DNA of 64,000 nucleotides from an uncultured Nitrospiraceae bacterium (GCA_963730935.1 CAVSTP010000004.1:576001-640000); one strand, 5' to 3'. Shown: positions 53,068 to 63,374, counted from the first letter of the stretch. Numbers and translations are program-made. Notes: generated by a model from the letters alone, not told the origin.

Positions 53068-54342
53068 CTAGCCGCGCGGGGCGAGTGCTCTATACGCAAT
53101 GTCGTGACGGTAGTGACATCCCTTGAACGCGATCTGCTTCGCCGTGCGGTACGCCGCCGCCTGCGCGTCCGCCAACGTGGCTCCTCGTCCGGTGATGCCC
53201 AACACGCGCCCGCCCGTGGTGACGATGTCCTCCCCGTGTCTCGCAGTTCCCGCATGAAAAACGGTCGCGCTCTGTGGGTCAAGGCTGTCCAATCCGCGAA
53301 TGGGTTCGCCGACGTCATAGGGGCCCGGATAGCCGGCGGACGTCATGACCACACACACCGCGTGCCCGTCGTGCCACTCCACCTGCACCTGATCCAGCCG
53401 GTGTTCGACGACCGCTTCGAGGACGTCGAGAAGATCCGTCTTCAGCAACGGTAGCACGACCTGCGTTTCAGGATCTCCCATGCGGGCGTTGAACTCCAAC
53501 ACGTAGGGAACTTCGTGGACGATCATCAACCCGGCATACAACACCCCTTGAAAGGGCGAACCCAACCGCGACATGACGTCGACGATCGGTTGTAGTATGT
53601 CTCGCGTCACCTGGGCACGCAAGGCCGACGTTCCTAACGGTGCGGGGCAATAGGCGCCCATGCCACCGGTGTTCAAGCCCGTATCGCCGTCGCCGATCCG
53701 CTTATGGTCCTGGGCGGGCAACATCGGCGCGACCGTGCGCCCGTCGGTGAACGCCATGATGGTCAGTTCTTCGCCCTGAAGACATTGTTCGACCAGGACC
53801 TGCTTTCCAGCGTCGCCGAACACCGCCTTTTCCATCGAGTCGACAATGGCATCACGTGCCTCCTCGCGCGTTTGGGCAATCAAGACACCTTTGCCCTGTG
53901 CCAGCCCATCGGCTTTGATTACGACAGGCATGTCATGATGCTCTACATAGGCGAGCGCCTCCGCCGGCAGGTCGAAAGCCTTGGCGCGGGCCGTGCGAAT
54001 GCCGGCCTTTGCCATGATCTCTTTTGAAAAAATCTTGCTCGCTTCGAGCCGTGCGGCATTCCTCGTGGGACCGAAAATTTTCAGCTTTGCCTTGCGGAAT
54101 TCGTCGGCAATCCCCAGGGCCAGGGGCGCTTCCGGTCCCACGACCGTGAGATCGATTCCTTTCCGTTGCACGAAGGCTTTTAAGCCCGCAATGTCGTCGG
54201 CCTTAATCGGCACACAGGTCGCGAGCGACGCGATGCCCGCGTTTCCCGGCGCACAGAAGAGACGGGGTTGGCGCGGGCTGTGAGCAAGCTTCCAGACCAT
54301 CGCATGTTCGCGGCCCCCGCTGCCGACGACGAGAACTTTCAC
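53068..54342 (-). CDS. purD: Phosphoribosylamine-glycine ligase
   Basis: VKVLVVGSGGREHA, KADGLAQGKGV, QDHKR, NTGGMGAY, EFNARMGDPE; GTG start at 54342. Confidence 0.95.
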   Translation of the reverse strand: MKVLVVGSGGREHAMVWKLAHSPRQPRLFCAPGNAGIASLATCVPIKADDIAGLKAFVQRKGIDLTVVGPEAPLALGIADEFRKAKLKIFGPTRNAARLEASKIFSKEIMAKAGIRTARAKAFDLPAEALAYVEHHDMPVVIKADGLAQGKGVLIAQTREEARDAIVDSMEKAVFGDAGKQVLVEQCLQGEELTIMAFTDGRTVAPMLPAQDHKRIGDGDTGLNTGGMGAYCPAPLGTSALRAQVTRDILQPIVDVMSRLGSPFQGVLYAGLMIVHEVPYVLEFNARMGDPETQVVLPLLKTDLLDVLEAVVEHRLDQVQVEWHDGHAVCVVMTSAGYPGPYDVGEPIRGLDSLDPQSATVFHAGTARHGEDIVTTGGRVLGITGRGATLADAQAAAYRTAKQIAFKGCHYRHDIAYRALAPRG

Positions 54343-54376
54343 GGCATTATTTCCCAGGTGTCGGAGATTTGAGAAA

Positions 54377-54541
54377 GGATGTTCAAACGGCCTGTCTATC
54401 TCACCCACCCAACCCTCGCGCCGTGGGACGCGTTCTTTCCCAAACGAGGCCGCAGCGAGCGAGATGCCGAGGCATACCGTGCCTCGTACGCTGAGGCATT
54501 GAGCGATGCGAGAACGAGGCTCGAAGGCCGTTTCAACATCC
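54377..54541. mobile_element. 165-bp MITE-like intergenic element with 17-bp terminal inverted repeats
   Basis: GGATGTTCAAACGGCCT (54377-54393) and AGGCCGTTTCAACATCC (54525-54541), 1 mismatch; internal hairpins; no transposase. Confidence 0.75.
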
Positions 54542-54542
54542 G

Positions 54543-56096
54543 TCAGTGGCGGAAGTGTCGCATGCCGGTCAAAATCATCGCCATTCCGTGTTCATCGGCC
54601 GCCTTGACGACCTCTGCATCGCGAATGGAGCCGCCAGGCTGGATGACTGCGGTAATGCCGGCTTGCGCCGCCGCATCGAGACCGTCTCGGAACGGGAAGA
54701 AGGCATCCGACGCCATCACGCAGCCTTTCACGGGCAGCTGCGCCTTCATGGCCGCAAGCTTTACGCTATCCACGCGGCTCATCTGTCCGGCGCCGATGCC
54801 GACGGTTTGCCCGGGCTTGGCATAAATAATGGCGTTGGACTTGACGTGCTTGGAGACCTTCCAGGCAAACGCGCAGGCGGCGTATTCCTCGTCCGTCGGC
54901 TTCCGGACCGTCGGCACGGGCAGCGTCCGCAAATCCGTCAAGCTCCCCAGGTCCCGATCCTGGACGATGAGGCCGCCGACCAGTTTTCTCAGATCAAAGC
55001 CTTCCTGCTTCACCTTTGTGAGAGGCCCGACGTCCAGCAGTCGGAGATCCTTCTTGCGCTTGAGCTCGGCCAGCGCATCATCGGCGAATCCGGGCGCGAT
55101 CACCACTTCAACGAACGTCGAGGTGATTTCTTTGGCCGCGGCGAGATCCACCGGACGATTGAACGCGATCACGCCGCCGAACGCCGACACGGGATCGGTC
55201 TCGCGCGCCTTGACGTACGCGTCCACCGGCGTGGCACCCAGCGCCACTCCACAGGGATTGTTGTGCTTGATGATCGCGACCGCCGTCTCGTCGTATTCCT
55301 TCGCCAATTCCAGGGCGGCATTGGCATCAAGGAAATTGTTGTACGACATCGCTTTGCCGTGGAGGATCGTGCCTCGCGAGACGGACGGCTCGTTCGATTG
55401 ACGTTCCCGATAAAAGGCACCTTGCTGATGCGGATTTTCGCCATAGCGCAGGATCTCGGCGAGATCGAATTGGAGCGAGAGGACCTTGGGAAACTTGACG
55501 TCGCCGCTGTGGACCTGCTGTTCGAGGTACCCAGCAATCACACTGTCGTAGCGCGCCGTGTGCTGAAAGACCTTCATGGCCAACTCTCGCCGCAACGCCG
55601 GCGTCACGGTGTCCTCCTGCAGCGCCTTGAGCATCCGCGAGTAATCGGCGGGATCGACCACGACGAGCACATCGTCATGGTTTTTCGCTGCCGACCGCAG
55701 CATGGACGGGCCGCCGATATCGATGTTTTCGATCGCGTCCTCGAACTGACAGTTGGGTTTTGCGATCGTCGATTCGAAGGGGTACAGGTTCACCACCACC
55801 ATGTCGATCGGGCCGATATGGTGCTCTTTCATTTGCTCGACATGAGCCGGCACGGATCGACGTGCCAATAATCCGCCATGGATCTTCGGATGGAGGGTCT
55901 TGACGCGGCCGTCGAGAATTTCCGGCGAGCCGGTGTAGGCCGCCACATCCGTCACCGCGACGCCCGCGTCGCGCAGCGTCTTGGCTGTGCCCCCAGTGGA
56001 TAGGATTTCGGCGCCGAATGCGGCAAGCCCCTTTGCCAGATCGACGACCCCGGTCTTATCTGAAACACTGATCAATGCCCGCTTCATGCTGGCCAT
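54543..56096 (-). CDS. purH: AICAR transformylase / IMP cyclohydrolase
   Basis: [54 protein letters not shown]. Confidence 0.97.
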   Translation of the reverse strand: MASMKRALISVSDKTGVVDLAKGLAAFGAEILSTGGTAKTLRDAGVAVTDVAAYTGSPEILDGRVKTLHPKIHGGLLARRSVPAHVEQMKEHHIGPIDMVVVNLYPFESTIAKPNCQFEDAIENIDIGGPSMLRSAAKNHDDVLVVVDPADYSRMLKALQEDTVTPALRRELAMKVFQHTARYDSVIAGYLEQQVHSGDVKFPKVLSLQFDLAEILRYGENPHQQGAFYRERQSNEPSVSRGTILHGKAMSYNNFLDANAALELAKEYDETAVAIIKHNNPCGVALGATPVDAYVKARETDPVSAFGGVIAFNRPVDLAAAKEITSTFVEVVIAPGFADDALAELKRKKDLRLLDVGPLTKVKQEGFDLRKLVGGLIVQDRDLGSLTDLRTLPVPTVRKPTDEEYAACAFAWKVSKHVKSNAIIYAKPGQTVGIGAGQMSRVDSVKLAAMKAQLPVKGCVMASDAFFPFRDGLDAAAQAGITAVIQPGGSIRDAEVVKAADEHGMAMILTGMRHFRH

Positions 56097-56255
56097 GCGA
56101 CAACTCCTTGCATCGACTCGAGTTTATGATTAGCGCGGTGGAAGGGATGGGCGGAGGATAGCAAAGGAGGTGGACAAGTTCAACTTGGTTGTTCCCGCTT
56201 AGGCCAAACCCCAGGCTGGCTTGCTTCCGTGCGTTTATGATACCGTGCGGTTAAA

Positions 56256-57146
56256 GTGATGCTTGCAATTGAATGGCTGAAGCGCATGGAACGCAGGACC
56301 ATTCTGGGCGGTGGGGTCTTCGCTCTGACACTGTTGGCGCTCGTCTGTATTCCCCGCCACCTTCCGTTATCGGCCTCTCCGCCTGCACTGGTCCCGGCGA
56401 ACTTTCATGCGCGACTTGAACAAGGCACGCTGATGCTCCGGGGATCCCTGCCGGACGCCGGCGCTCGTGACCGCATCCTGGAACGGGCCCGCGCCACTTT
56501 CGGCCCGGCCCAGGTGCGTGTGCTCGATCAACTCACGATCGACGGCCGCATTGCCGCTCCCTCCTGGGTCAACCACCTGCCAGCCGTGCTTCCTGTGCTT
56601 GAACAGATGCAGGGCGTCCGATCGGTGATGATCGACGGCCGCTTCCTGGTTCTGAGCGGAGCCGTGCCGTCCGAACAGGCGAGAACTAGTATCTTGCATA
56701 CCGTCTCGCCCTTGCGCTCACTCGGCTTGGAACTGGAAGATCATATGACGGTTGCCGCGACGACCGCGGCGGCCCCCTCGTTGCAGGCACGGTTGAATGA
56801 CTTGTTAGCTCGCAACCAGATCGAGTTCGATTCCAATCAGGCCACCTTGACCGCACGCGGTCGGACGTCATTGGACCGGCTGATCCCCGTGTTGACCCAA
56901 GCGCCCCATACGTCGATCGAGATTGGCGGACACACCGACAGCTTCGGCGCACCGGACTATAATAAGGACCTGAGCCGGCGCCGAGCCGAAGCCGTGCGGG
57001 ACTATCTGACCGCCCATGGGGTCACCCATGAGCTGACCGCCGTCGGCTATGGCGCGAGCAAGCCGCTGGCGGCCGGCGTCTCACGAGCCGCCCTTCAACG
57101 GAACCGCCGGATTGAGCTGCGCGTGCTGGAGACCAACTCGCGATGA
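56256..57146 (+). CDS. Membrane-anchored BON-BON-OmpA(C-like) protein, ArfA/Rv0899-like architecture
   Basis: N-terminal TM; LRGSLPD...D.L.ID and LSGAVPS BON-like units; GHTDS.G...N..LS.RRAEAV, GYG...P, NRRIE. Confidence 0.82.
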   Translation: MMLAIEWLKRMERRTILGGGVFALTLLALVCIPRHLPLSASPPALVPANFHARLEQGTLMLRGSLPDAGARDRILERARATFGPAQVRVLDQLTIDGRIAAPSWVNHLPAVLPVLEQMQGVRSVMIDGRFLVLSGAVPSEQARTSILHTVSPLRSLGLELEDHMTVAATTAAAPSLQARLNDLLARNQIEFDSNQATLTARGRTSLDRLIPVLTQAPHTSIEIGGHTDSFGAPDYNKDLSRRRAEAVRDYLTAHGVTHELTAVGYGASKPLAAGVSRAALQRNRRIELRVLETNSR

Positions 57147-58318
57147 TCGCTCTCGCCTTCCAAATGGTCGTCTGCCTCCTCGTGGCTGCCGCGATCGGTG
57201 CGGCCGTCGGCTGGATGCTTCGGCACCGTTCAGCAGAGTCGCATGCCCAGAGCCTCACCGATCTCGAAACGGAGTTGCGCGTCAAGGGGCAGGCGCTGGA
57301 CACGGCGATTTACGAGCTCAAAGTGAAAACTGCGGCCGTCATGGCGCTCGAATCCAAGGTGGCTTCGCTCGAAAGCCTGGGCCGATCCGCGCAAGAGGAG
57401 CTGGCCTCCCGGCAAGACCGGATCGACCGTCTGCAGCAGGACCTCAAGGAGAATCAGGCGTGCAGTCAATCGGCGCGATCGGAGTCTCAGACACAGCTGG
57501 AGCGACTCGCCGATCAAGAGACGACGTTGGCGGCGTTCGCCAATGAAGTCCGTCAGTCCAACGCTGCTCGCACCAAGGTGCAGGAGGAGCTTGCCGGCAA
57601 AGAGCAAGAACTTGTCGATCTGCAACAGCGGCTGGCTGAAGCGGACCGCTGGCGTGAGGAATTCGAACGGCTCCAGACGAAGCTCGAGGAATTGGAACCG
57701 GCGCAGGGCCGTCTGCACTGGCTCGAAGTCCAGTTGAGCGACAAGGATGCCCATCATCGGCAGGCCGTCAACCGGCTTGAACAGGACCTCGCCGCGCGCG
57801 ACCGCCGCCTCGCCGAGCAGGCGGAACAGAGCTTATTGCTGGAGGAGCGGGATCGTCGCATCACCACGCTCGAACAGCGCCTGGCCCAGCTGCACGCGCT
57901 GCAAGCAGAACTCGCTGGCCAGGCGAAGATCATGGGCGATCAAGAAGAAGAGATTTCCCGTCTGCGCAAACGGCTCGGAGAAGTCCGCGCTGCACTGCGG
58001 GTGCGGGAGGACAGCGCTCCCGTGCTCGCGCGGCCCAATGGCCCCGCTAATCAACTCAGCCTGCAGATGCCGGCCCCGAAGGCGACCGCTGGGCCACGGA
58101 AGGACGACCTGAAAAAAATCCATGGCATCAGCCTGGCCATCGAGCGCGCGCTCAATAAGATGGGCACGTTTACGTATGTGCAGATCGCCAGATGGAAACC
58201 GAGTGACCTCGCCCGTATTGCGAAGAAACTGGACAACCTGCCCGCACGCGTCAAGCCGGACCATTGGATCGCCGACGCGAAAAAACAGCATCGTGAGAAA
58301 TACGGCGAAAAACTCTAG
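57143..58318 (+). CDS. TM-anchored long coiled-coil protein with C-terminal HhH-like (DUF4332-type) domain
   Basis: MIALAFQMVVCLLVAAAIGAAVGWML, about 260 aa of heptads, DDLKKIHGIS..IE..LN.MG..TY.QIA.W. Confidence 0.8.
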   Translation: MIALAFQMVVCLLVAAAIGAAVGWMLRHRSAESHAQSLTDLETELRVKGQALDTAIYELKVKTAAVMALESKVASLESLGRSAQEELASRQDRIDRLQQDLKENQACSQSARSESQTQLERLADQETTLAAFANEVRQSNAARTKVQEELAGKEQELVDLQQRLAEADRWREEFERLQTKLEELEPAQGRLHWLEVQLSDKDAHHRQAVNRLEQDLAARDRRLAEQAEQSLLLEERDRRITTLEQRLAQLHALQAELAGQAKIMGDQEEEISRLRKRLGEVRAALRVREDSAPVLARPNGPANQLSLQMPAPKATAGPRKDDLKKIHGISLAIERALNKMGTFTYVQIARWKPSDLARIAKKLDNLPARVKPDHWIADAKKQHREKYGEKL

Positions 58319-58375
58319 CCGCCTCCTCCAACTGTGCGTTGACTTGCCGCCACTGCCCACCTAGAATCGCGTCCC

Positions 58376-61300
58376 ATGACCGCTTCGTTCGTCCACCTGC
58401 ATCTGCACACCCAATTCAGTCTCCTCGACGGCGCCAATCAGATTGAACCTCTGGTTCGCCAGATCAAGACCTTCGGACAGCCGGCCGTGGCGATGACCGA
58501 TCATGGCAACATGTTCGGCGCCATCGAGTTCTACCGCAAAGCGAAAGAAATCGGCGTCAAGCCCATTATCGGCTGCGAAGCCTACATGGCGCTCGGCAGT
58601 CGGCATGCCAAGAAGGACAGCGGGCTGGCGCACAACGACTACTACCACCTCATCCTCTTGGCCAGAAACCTGACGGGCTATCAGAACCTGATCAAGCTGG
58701 TGAGTAAAGCATACCTTGAAGGATTCTATTACAAGCCGCGGATGGACAAGGAAATCCTTAAAGAACATCACGAAGGTTTGATCGCGCTGTCTGGGTGCCT
58801 GAGCGGAGAGATTCCGTACCTCATCGGGCAAAAGGACATGACCGGCGCCATGGCGGTCGCGGGTGAATTTCAAGAGCTCTTCGGGAAAGAGCACTTCTAT
58901 CTCGAAGTGCAGGCGAACGGCCTCGACCATCAACGGATCGCCAATGCCGGTCTCATAGAAATCCATAAGAAACTCGGCATCCCGCTCGCCGGCACCAACG
59001 ACTGTCATTACCTGAAGAAGGAGGACGCCCGGCCGCATGAGCTCATGCTCTGCCTCCAGACGGGCAAGACGCTGAGCGATCCGGCCCGAATGAAGTTCGA
59101 TACCGACCAGCTCTACGTGAAGTCGACCGAAGACATCGCGCCGGCATTTGCAGAATTTCCCGGGGCCGTCACCAACACCTGTCGGATCGCCGATCACTGC
59201 GAACTCGAGCTGGCGCTCAACAAGACGCATCTGCCGCAGTACAAGGCTCCGGAAGGGTACACGCGCGAATCCTATGTCGAGTACCTGGCGATCGAAGGCC
59301 TGAAGTCCCGTTTGACGGAACGCCCGAGCACCATCCCCGTGGCGGTCTACGAACAACGCCTGCGTGAAGAGTTGATGGTCATTTGTTCCATGGGATTCGC
59401 CGGCTATTTCCTGATCGTCTGGGACATCATCCGGTTTGCCCGCAGCCGTGGCATCCCTGTGGGGCCGGGTCGGGGATCCGCCGCCGGCAGCCTGGTCGCC
59501 TATGCGCTACGCATCACCGATCTCGATCCACTCGTCTATACGTTGCTGTTCGAGCGGTTCCTCAACCCCGAACGGGTGTCGCTCCCCGATATCGACATGG
59601 ACTTCTGCATGGACCGCCGGGGAGAAGTCCTCAATTATGTCGTCGACAAATACGGATCGGATCACGTGGCCCAGATCATTACGTTCGGGACGCTCGGCGC
59701 CAAGGCCGCCATTCGAGACGTGGGGCGCGTCCTTGAGATGCCCTACGCGGATGCCGACAAAGTCGCAAAACTGGTCCCCAACCAGCTGAACATCACGCTC
59801 GAGCAGGCACTCGAGACGGAGCCCCGGCTCCGTGAACTGGTCGACACGGATCCAAAGGTGCGGGAGCTCATGACCATCGCGCGGTCGCTCGAGGGGCTCG
59901 CCCGTCATGCCTCGACCCACGCGGCCGGCGTGGTCATTTCGGAAGAGCCGCTGACGGATCACGTGCCTCTCTATAAGGGCGCCAACGACGAAATCGTCAC
60001 CCAATATTCGATGGGCGATGTTGAGAAAATCGGATTAGTGAAATTCGATTTTCTCGGCCTCAAAACGCTCACGATGATCCGCCGGGCCGAAACCCTGATT
60101 AATGAAAGCCATCCCGGACCGCCGCCGTTGAGCGTGGATCTGTTGCCCTTTGACGACGCCAAGACCTTTGCCTTGCTTTCGTCCGGGAAAACCACCGGCA
60201 TTTTCCAGCTCGAAAGTTCCGGGATGCGCGATTTGCTGGCCGGCTTCAAACCGGACCGCTTCGAAGACATCATCGCCATCATCGCGCTGTATAGGCCGGG
60301 CCCGATGGACCTGATTCCGGATTTCATCAAGCGAAAGCAGGGCAAGGTGCCCATCGTCTACGAGCTTCCGGAACTGGAGCCGATCCTGAAGGACACATAT
60401 GGGGTCATCGTGTATCAGGAGCAGGTCATGGCCATCGCGAACACCGTGGCCGGGTTTACCCTCGGCCAGGCAGACATTCTCCGGCGCGCCATGGGCAAAA
60501 AGAAACCGGAAGAAATGGAAAAGCTGCGCGTCAAGTTTTTGGAAGGCGCCCGGCAGAAGAAGATCGCGGAGAAGAAAGCCGAGAAACTCTACGAATTAAT
60601 TCAGAAATTTGCCGGCTATGGCTTCAACAAGTCGCATGCGGCCGCGTACGCCGTCGTCTGCTATCAAACGGGCTATCTGAAGGCGCACCATCCCACCGAG
60701 TTCATGGCGGCGCTCATGACGAGCGATATGGGCAATCAAGACAAGGTCGTGGGCTACTTCACCGAATGCCGCGATCTCGGCATCAAGGTGCTGGGTCCCG
60801 ACGTGAATGAAAGCCAGAAAAATTTTGGCGTCGTCGAGGGCGCCATCCGGTTCGGCCTGGCAGCGATCAAGAACGTCGGGGAAGGCGCCGTGGATTCGGT
60901 GCTGGCCATCCGTGCCGACAGCGGGCGGTTTACGTCGTTCTTTGATTTTTGCCGGCGCGTCGACCTCCACAAAGTCAACAAACGGATGCTGGAAGGGCTG
61001 ATCAAAGCCGGCGCCTTCGATTCGCTGGGCGCCAAGCGCTCACAGTTGATGGCGATGCTCGATCAAGCCATCGAGGACGGCGCCGCCGCGCAACGGGAAC
61101 GCGAGATGGGCCAGACCAGCATCTTCGGCGAAGATCTGAATGGCGGCGAAGCTGCGCACGATCACGTGGAGCCCACCCTGCCGAACGTACCCGAATGGGA
61201 TCAGCCTCAGCGGTTGAAATACGAACGCGAACTTACCGGCTTCTACATCACGGCCCACCCGCTCACGCGTTACGAGGCAACGATTCACGCGCTCGCCACG

Positions 61301-61837
61301 GCCACGACCGCCGGCATTACAGAACTGTCCGACGGCAAGGAAGTGCGCCTGTGCGGTATCATCGCGACGGTGAAATCCATGCTGACCAAAAAAGGCGACC
61401 GGATGGCATACGTGACGCTCGAAGATCTTCAGGGGACGGTCGAGGTGATCGTATTCCCCGACCTGTTCAAGACCGTCGGCGATTTGATCGCTCCCGAGCG
61501 TCTCATCCGGGTCACGGGCACGATCGACCGAGGAGACAAAGGCACCAAGATCCGGGGCGCCAAGATCGAACCGCTGGCCGATGTCCAAACGCAGTCCATC
61601 AAGCGCATTCATATCCGGCTCGCAACTGAGCCCGAGGTCAAGGATCAGTTGCCGCGGCTGCTGGATGTTTTCAAACGGCACCCCGGCGCCACCGCGGTCT
61701 CACTGACCTTTCGAACGGAGAGCGCCCTCGAAGCGGAAACCGCCCCTCTCCCCCATCTAACTGTAAGCGCCACCGAAGACTTTGTCGCAGATGTTGAGGA
61801 AGTGCTAGGCAAAGGGGCCCTGTCTCTGGTATCGTAG
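58376..61837 (+). CDS. dnaE: DNA polymerase III alpha subunit
   Basis: HLHLHTQFSLLDG, GPGRGSAAGS, FERFLNPER, PDIDMDF, KFDFLGL, YGFNKSH. Confidence 0.97.
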   Translation: MTASFVHLHLHTQFSLLDGANQIEPLVRQIKTFGQPAVAMTDHGNMFGAIEFYRKAKEIGVKPIIGCEAYMALGSRHAKKDSGLAHNDYYHLILLARNLTGYQNLIKLVSKAYLEGFYYKPRMDKEILKEHHEGLIALSGCLSGEIPYLIGQKDMTGAMAVAGEFQELFGKEHFYLEVQANGLDHQRIANAGLIEIHKKLGIPLAGTNDCHYLKKEDARPHELMLCLQTGKTLSDPARMKFDTDQLYVKSTEDIAPAFAEFPGAVTNTCRIADHCELELALNKTHLPQYKAPEGYTRESYVEYLAIEGLKSRLTERPSTIPVAVYEQRLREELMVICSMGFAGYFLIVWDIIRFARSRGIPVGPGRGSAAGSLVAYALRITDLDPLVYTLLFERFLNPERVSLPDIDMDFCMDRRGEVLNYVVDKYGSDHVAQIITFGTLGAKAAIRDVGRVLEMPYADADKVAKLVPNQLNITLEQALETEPRLRELVDTDPKVRELMTIARSLEGLARHASTHAAGVVISEEPLTDHVPLYKGANDEIVTQYSMGDVEKIGLVKFDFLGLKTLTMIRRAETLINESHPGPPPLSVDLLPFDDAKTFALLSSGKTTGIFQLESSGMRDLLAGFKPDRFEDIIAIIALYRPGPMDLIPDFIKRKQGKVPIVYELPELEPILKDTYGVIVYQEQVMAIANTVAGFTLGQADILRRAMGKKKPEEMEKLRVKFLEGARQKKIAEKKAEKLYELIQKFAGYGFNKSHAAAYAVVCYQTGYLKAHHPTEFMAALMTSDMGNQDKVVGYFTECRDLGIKVLGPDVNESQKNFGVVEGAIRFGLAAIKNVGEGAVDSVLAIRADSGRFTSFFDFCRRVDLHKVNKRMLEGLIKAGAFDSLGAKRSQLMAMLDQAIEDGAAAQREREMGQTSIFGEDLNGGEAAHDHVEPTLPNVPEWDQPQRLKYERELTGFYITAHPLTRYEATIHALATATTAGITELSDGKEVRLCGIIATVKSMLTKKGDRMAYVTLEDLQGTVEVIVFPDLFKTVGDLIAPERLIRVTGTIDRGDKGTKIRGAKIEPLADVQTQSIKRIHIRLATEPEVKDQLPRLLDVFKRHPGATAVSLTFRTESALEAETAPLPHLTVSATEDFVADVEEVLGKGALSLVS

Positions 61838-61880
61838 CGCACCGAATAGGAGAGGGTCCCGGTCCGGAGACATATCGCTT

Positions 61881-62849
61881 ATGCGCGATTATCTTGAGTT
61901 TGAAAAGCCGCTCCGCGAAATCGAGGAGAAGATCGAAAAACTCGCAGCCTCGGGCGGCGCAAAAGCCGGTGTTCAGGACGAAATCCGCAAACTGCGGATG
62001 AAGCTCGCCCAACTAGAGCATGAGCTGTACGGAAAGCTGACCCCCTGGCAGCGGACCCAACTTGCCCGGCATCCCCAGCGCCCAAGCACCCTCGATTACA
62101 TAGGTGAAATCTTCCGTGACTTTCTGGAATTCCACGGCGACCGGTCATTCGGCGACGACAGAGCCATTGTCGGCGGCTTTGCCCGCTTCAACGATCGGTC
62201 GATCATGGTCATCGGGCACCAAAAGGGCAAGACCCTCAAGGAACGCATGCAACGGAACTTCGGAATGCCCAATCCGGAAGGCTATCGGAAGGCCCTGCGT
62301 CTCATGAAGATGGCGGAGAAATTCGGCCGACCCATTGTCACGTTCATCGATACCCCAGGCGCTTATCCCGGCATCGGGGCCGAAGAGCGCGGCCAGGCCG
62401 AAGCCATCGCGAGAAATCTGTATGCCATGTCGCGGCTCGCCGTACCGATCATTTCGATCGTCATCGGCGAAGGCGGAAGCGGAGGCGCGCTGGCGCTCGG
62501 TGTGTCAGATCGCATCCTCATGCTCGAGCACGGCGTCTATTCCGTGATTTCTCCGGAAGGCTGTGCCGCAATTCTTTGGGATGATCCCGCTAAAGTGCCG
62601 GATGCCGCCGCGTCCCTGAAGATGACCGCCCAGGATCTCGTAGACCTCCGCATCGTGGATGATGTGATTCCTGAACCGCTCGGCGGTGCCCACCGTGAAC
62701 CGAAAGCCGTCACCGATCGAGTGGCCAAGGCGCTTACCAATCAACTGTTTCAACTCACCGATCTTTCGCTCGACCAACTGCTGGCCCAACGGAACCACAA
62801 GTACCGCCGTATGGGCGCAGTAAGCGGCCTCGACCTCACTGCCAACTAA
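61881..62849 (+). CDS. accA: Acetyl-CoA carboxylase carboxyltransferase alpha
   Basis: YLEFEKP, ARHPQRP, GYRKALR, DTPGAYPG..AEERGQ, GEGGSGGA, VISPEGCA. Confidence 0.97.
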   Translation: MRDYLEFEKPLREIEEKIEKLAASGGAKAGVQDEIRKLRMKLAQLEHELYGKLTPWQRTQLARHPQRPSTLDYIGEIFRDFLEFHGDRSFGDDRAIVGGFARFNDRSIMVIGHQKGKTLKERMQRNFGMPNPEGYRKALRLMKMAEKFGRPIVTFIDTPGAYPGIGAEERGQAEAIARNLYAMSRLAVPIISIVIGEGGSGGALALGVSDRILMLEHGVYSVISPEGCAAILWDDPAKVPDAAASLKMTAQDLVDLRIVDDVIPEPLGGAHREPKAVTDRVAKALTNQLFQLTDLSLDQLLAQRNHKYRRMGAVSGLDLTAN

Positions 62850-62939
62850 GCCAACTAAGTTGACCGGCAGTCCGACCGGCTTCCTCCGTCCAGCCGGGTT
62901 TGCACCGGTCCATGCAGTGAGGGGGAAACGGCAATCTCG

Positions 62940-62967
62940 TTGACAGCCCGCCTCATATTGCTATGAT
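62940..62967 (+). promoter_or_regulatory. sigma70-type promoter of the PilZ gene
   Basis: TTGACA-16 bp-TATGAT with TG extension. Confidence 0.55.
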
Positions 62968-63040
62968 TCGGGTAAGCGCAGGAAATGCATCGTTGCAGTA
63001 CCTGCCGTGTGGAAAGCCACCATTCGCCCAGGAACCGCGG

Positions 63041-63367
63041 ATGGAACAGCGAAAATTTCAGCGATTCTCGGACAACTCCGATGTCGTGTTTTCGAGTGAC
63101 ACGGTCAAGGGAGAAGGACGTGTGGAGAATCTCTCGCTCGGAGGCGCGGCGATCCTCAGCGATCTCGCCATCCCTCGCGGAGAATATCTTGCGCTGAAGA
63201 TTACGTTCCCCACCCAGGCCGCTGTAATCGAGATCGAACTGGCGCCCGTTCGGTGGATCAAACCAGGGAGCTTCGGAGTGGAATTCATCCGGATCGCGCC
63301 AGGGTCACAGCAGCGACTCAAAGACTACCTCGCCACCTTGGAAGGCGCCGCCTCGGACGCTGCGTAG
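63041..63367 (+). CDS. PilZ domain protein
   Basis: QRKFQR (RxxxR) and NLSLGG (D/NxSxxG) c-di-GMP motifs, VRW, GVEF. Confidence 0.88.
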   Translation: MEQRKFQRFSDNSDVVFSSDTVKGEGRVENLSLGGAAILSDLAIPRGEYLALKITFPTQAAVIEIELAPVRWIKPGSFGVEFIRIAPGSQQRLKDYLATLEGAASDAA

Positions 63368-63374
63368 ACTCTCC

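Noticed and set aside
54343..54825. purD N-terminal extension and ORF 54379-54825
   Set aside because: Both arise from reading through the MITE-like repeat; purD homology starts at VKVLVVGSGG.
56097..56255. ZMP/ZTP (pfl) riboswitch upstream of purH
   Set aside because: Only a GCCTGGG fragment on the minus strand; the conserved 5' aptamer half is not recognisable and the fragment lies upstream of the likely purH promoter.
58376..61837. Intein or split in dnaE
   Set aside because: Normal length (1153 aa), continuous motifs, no intein-like C...HN insertion.
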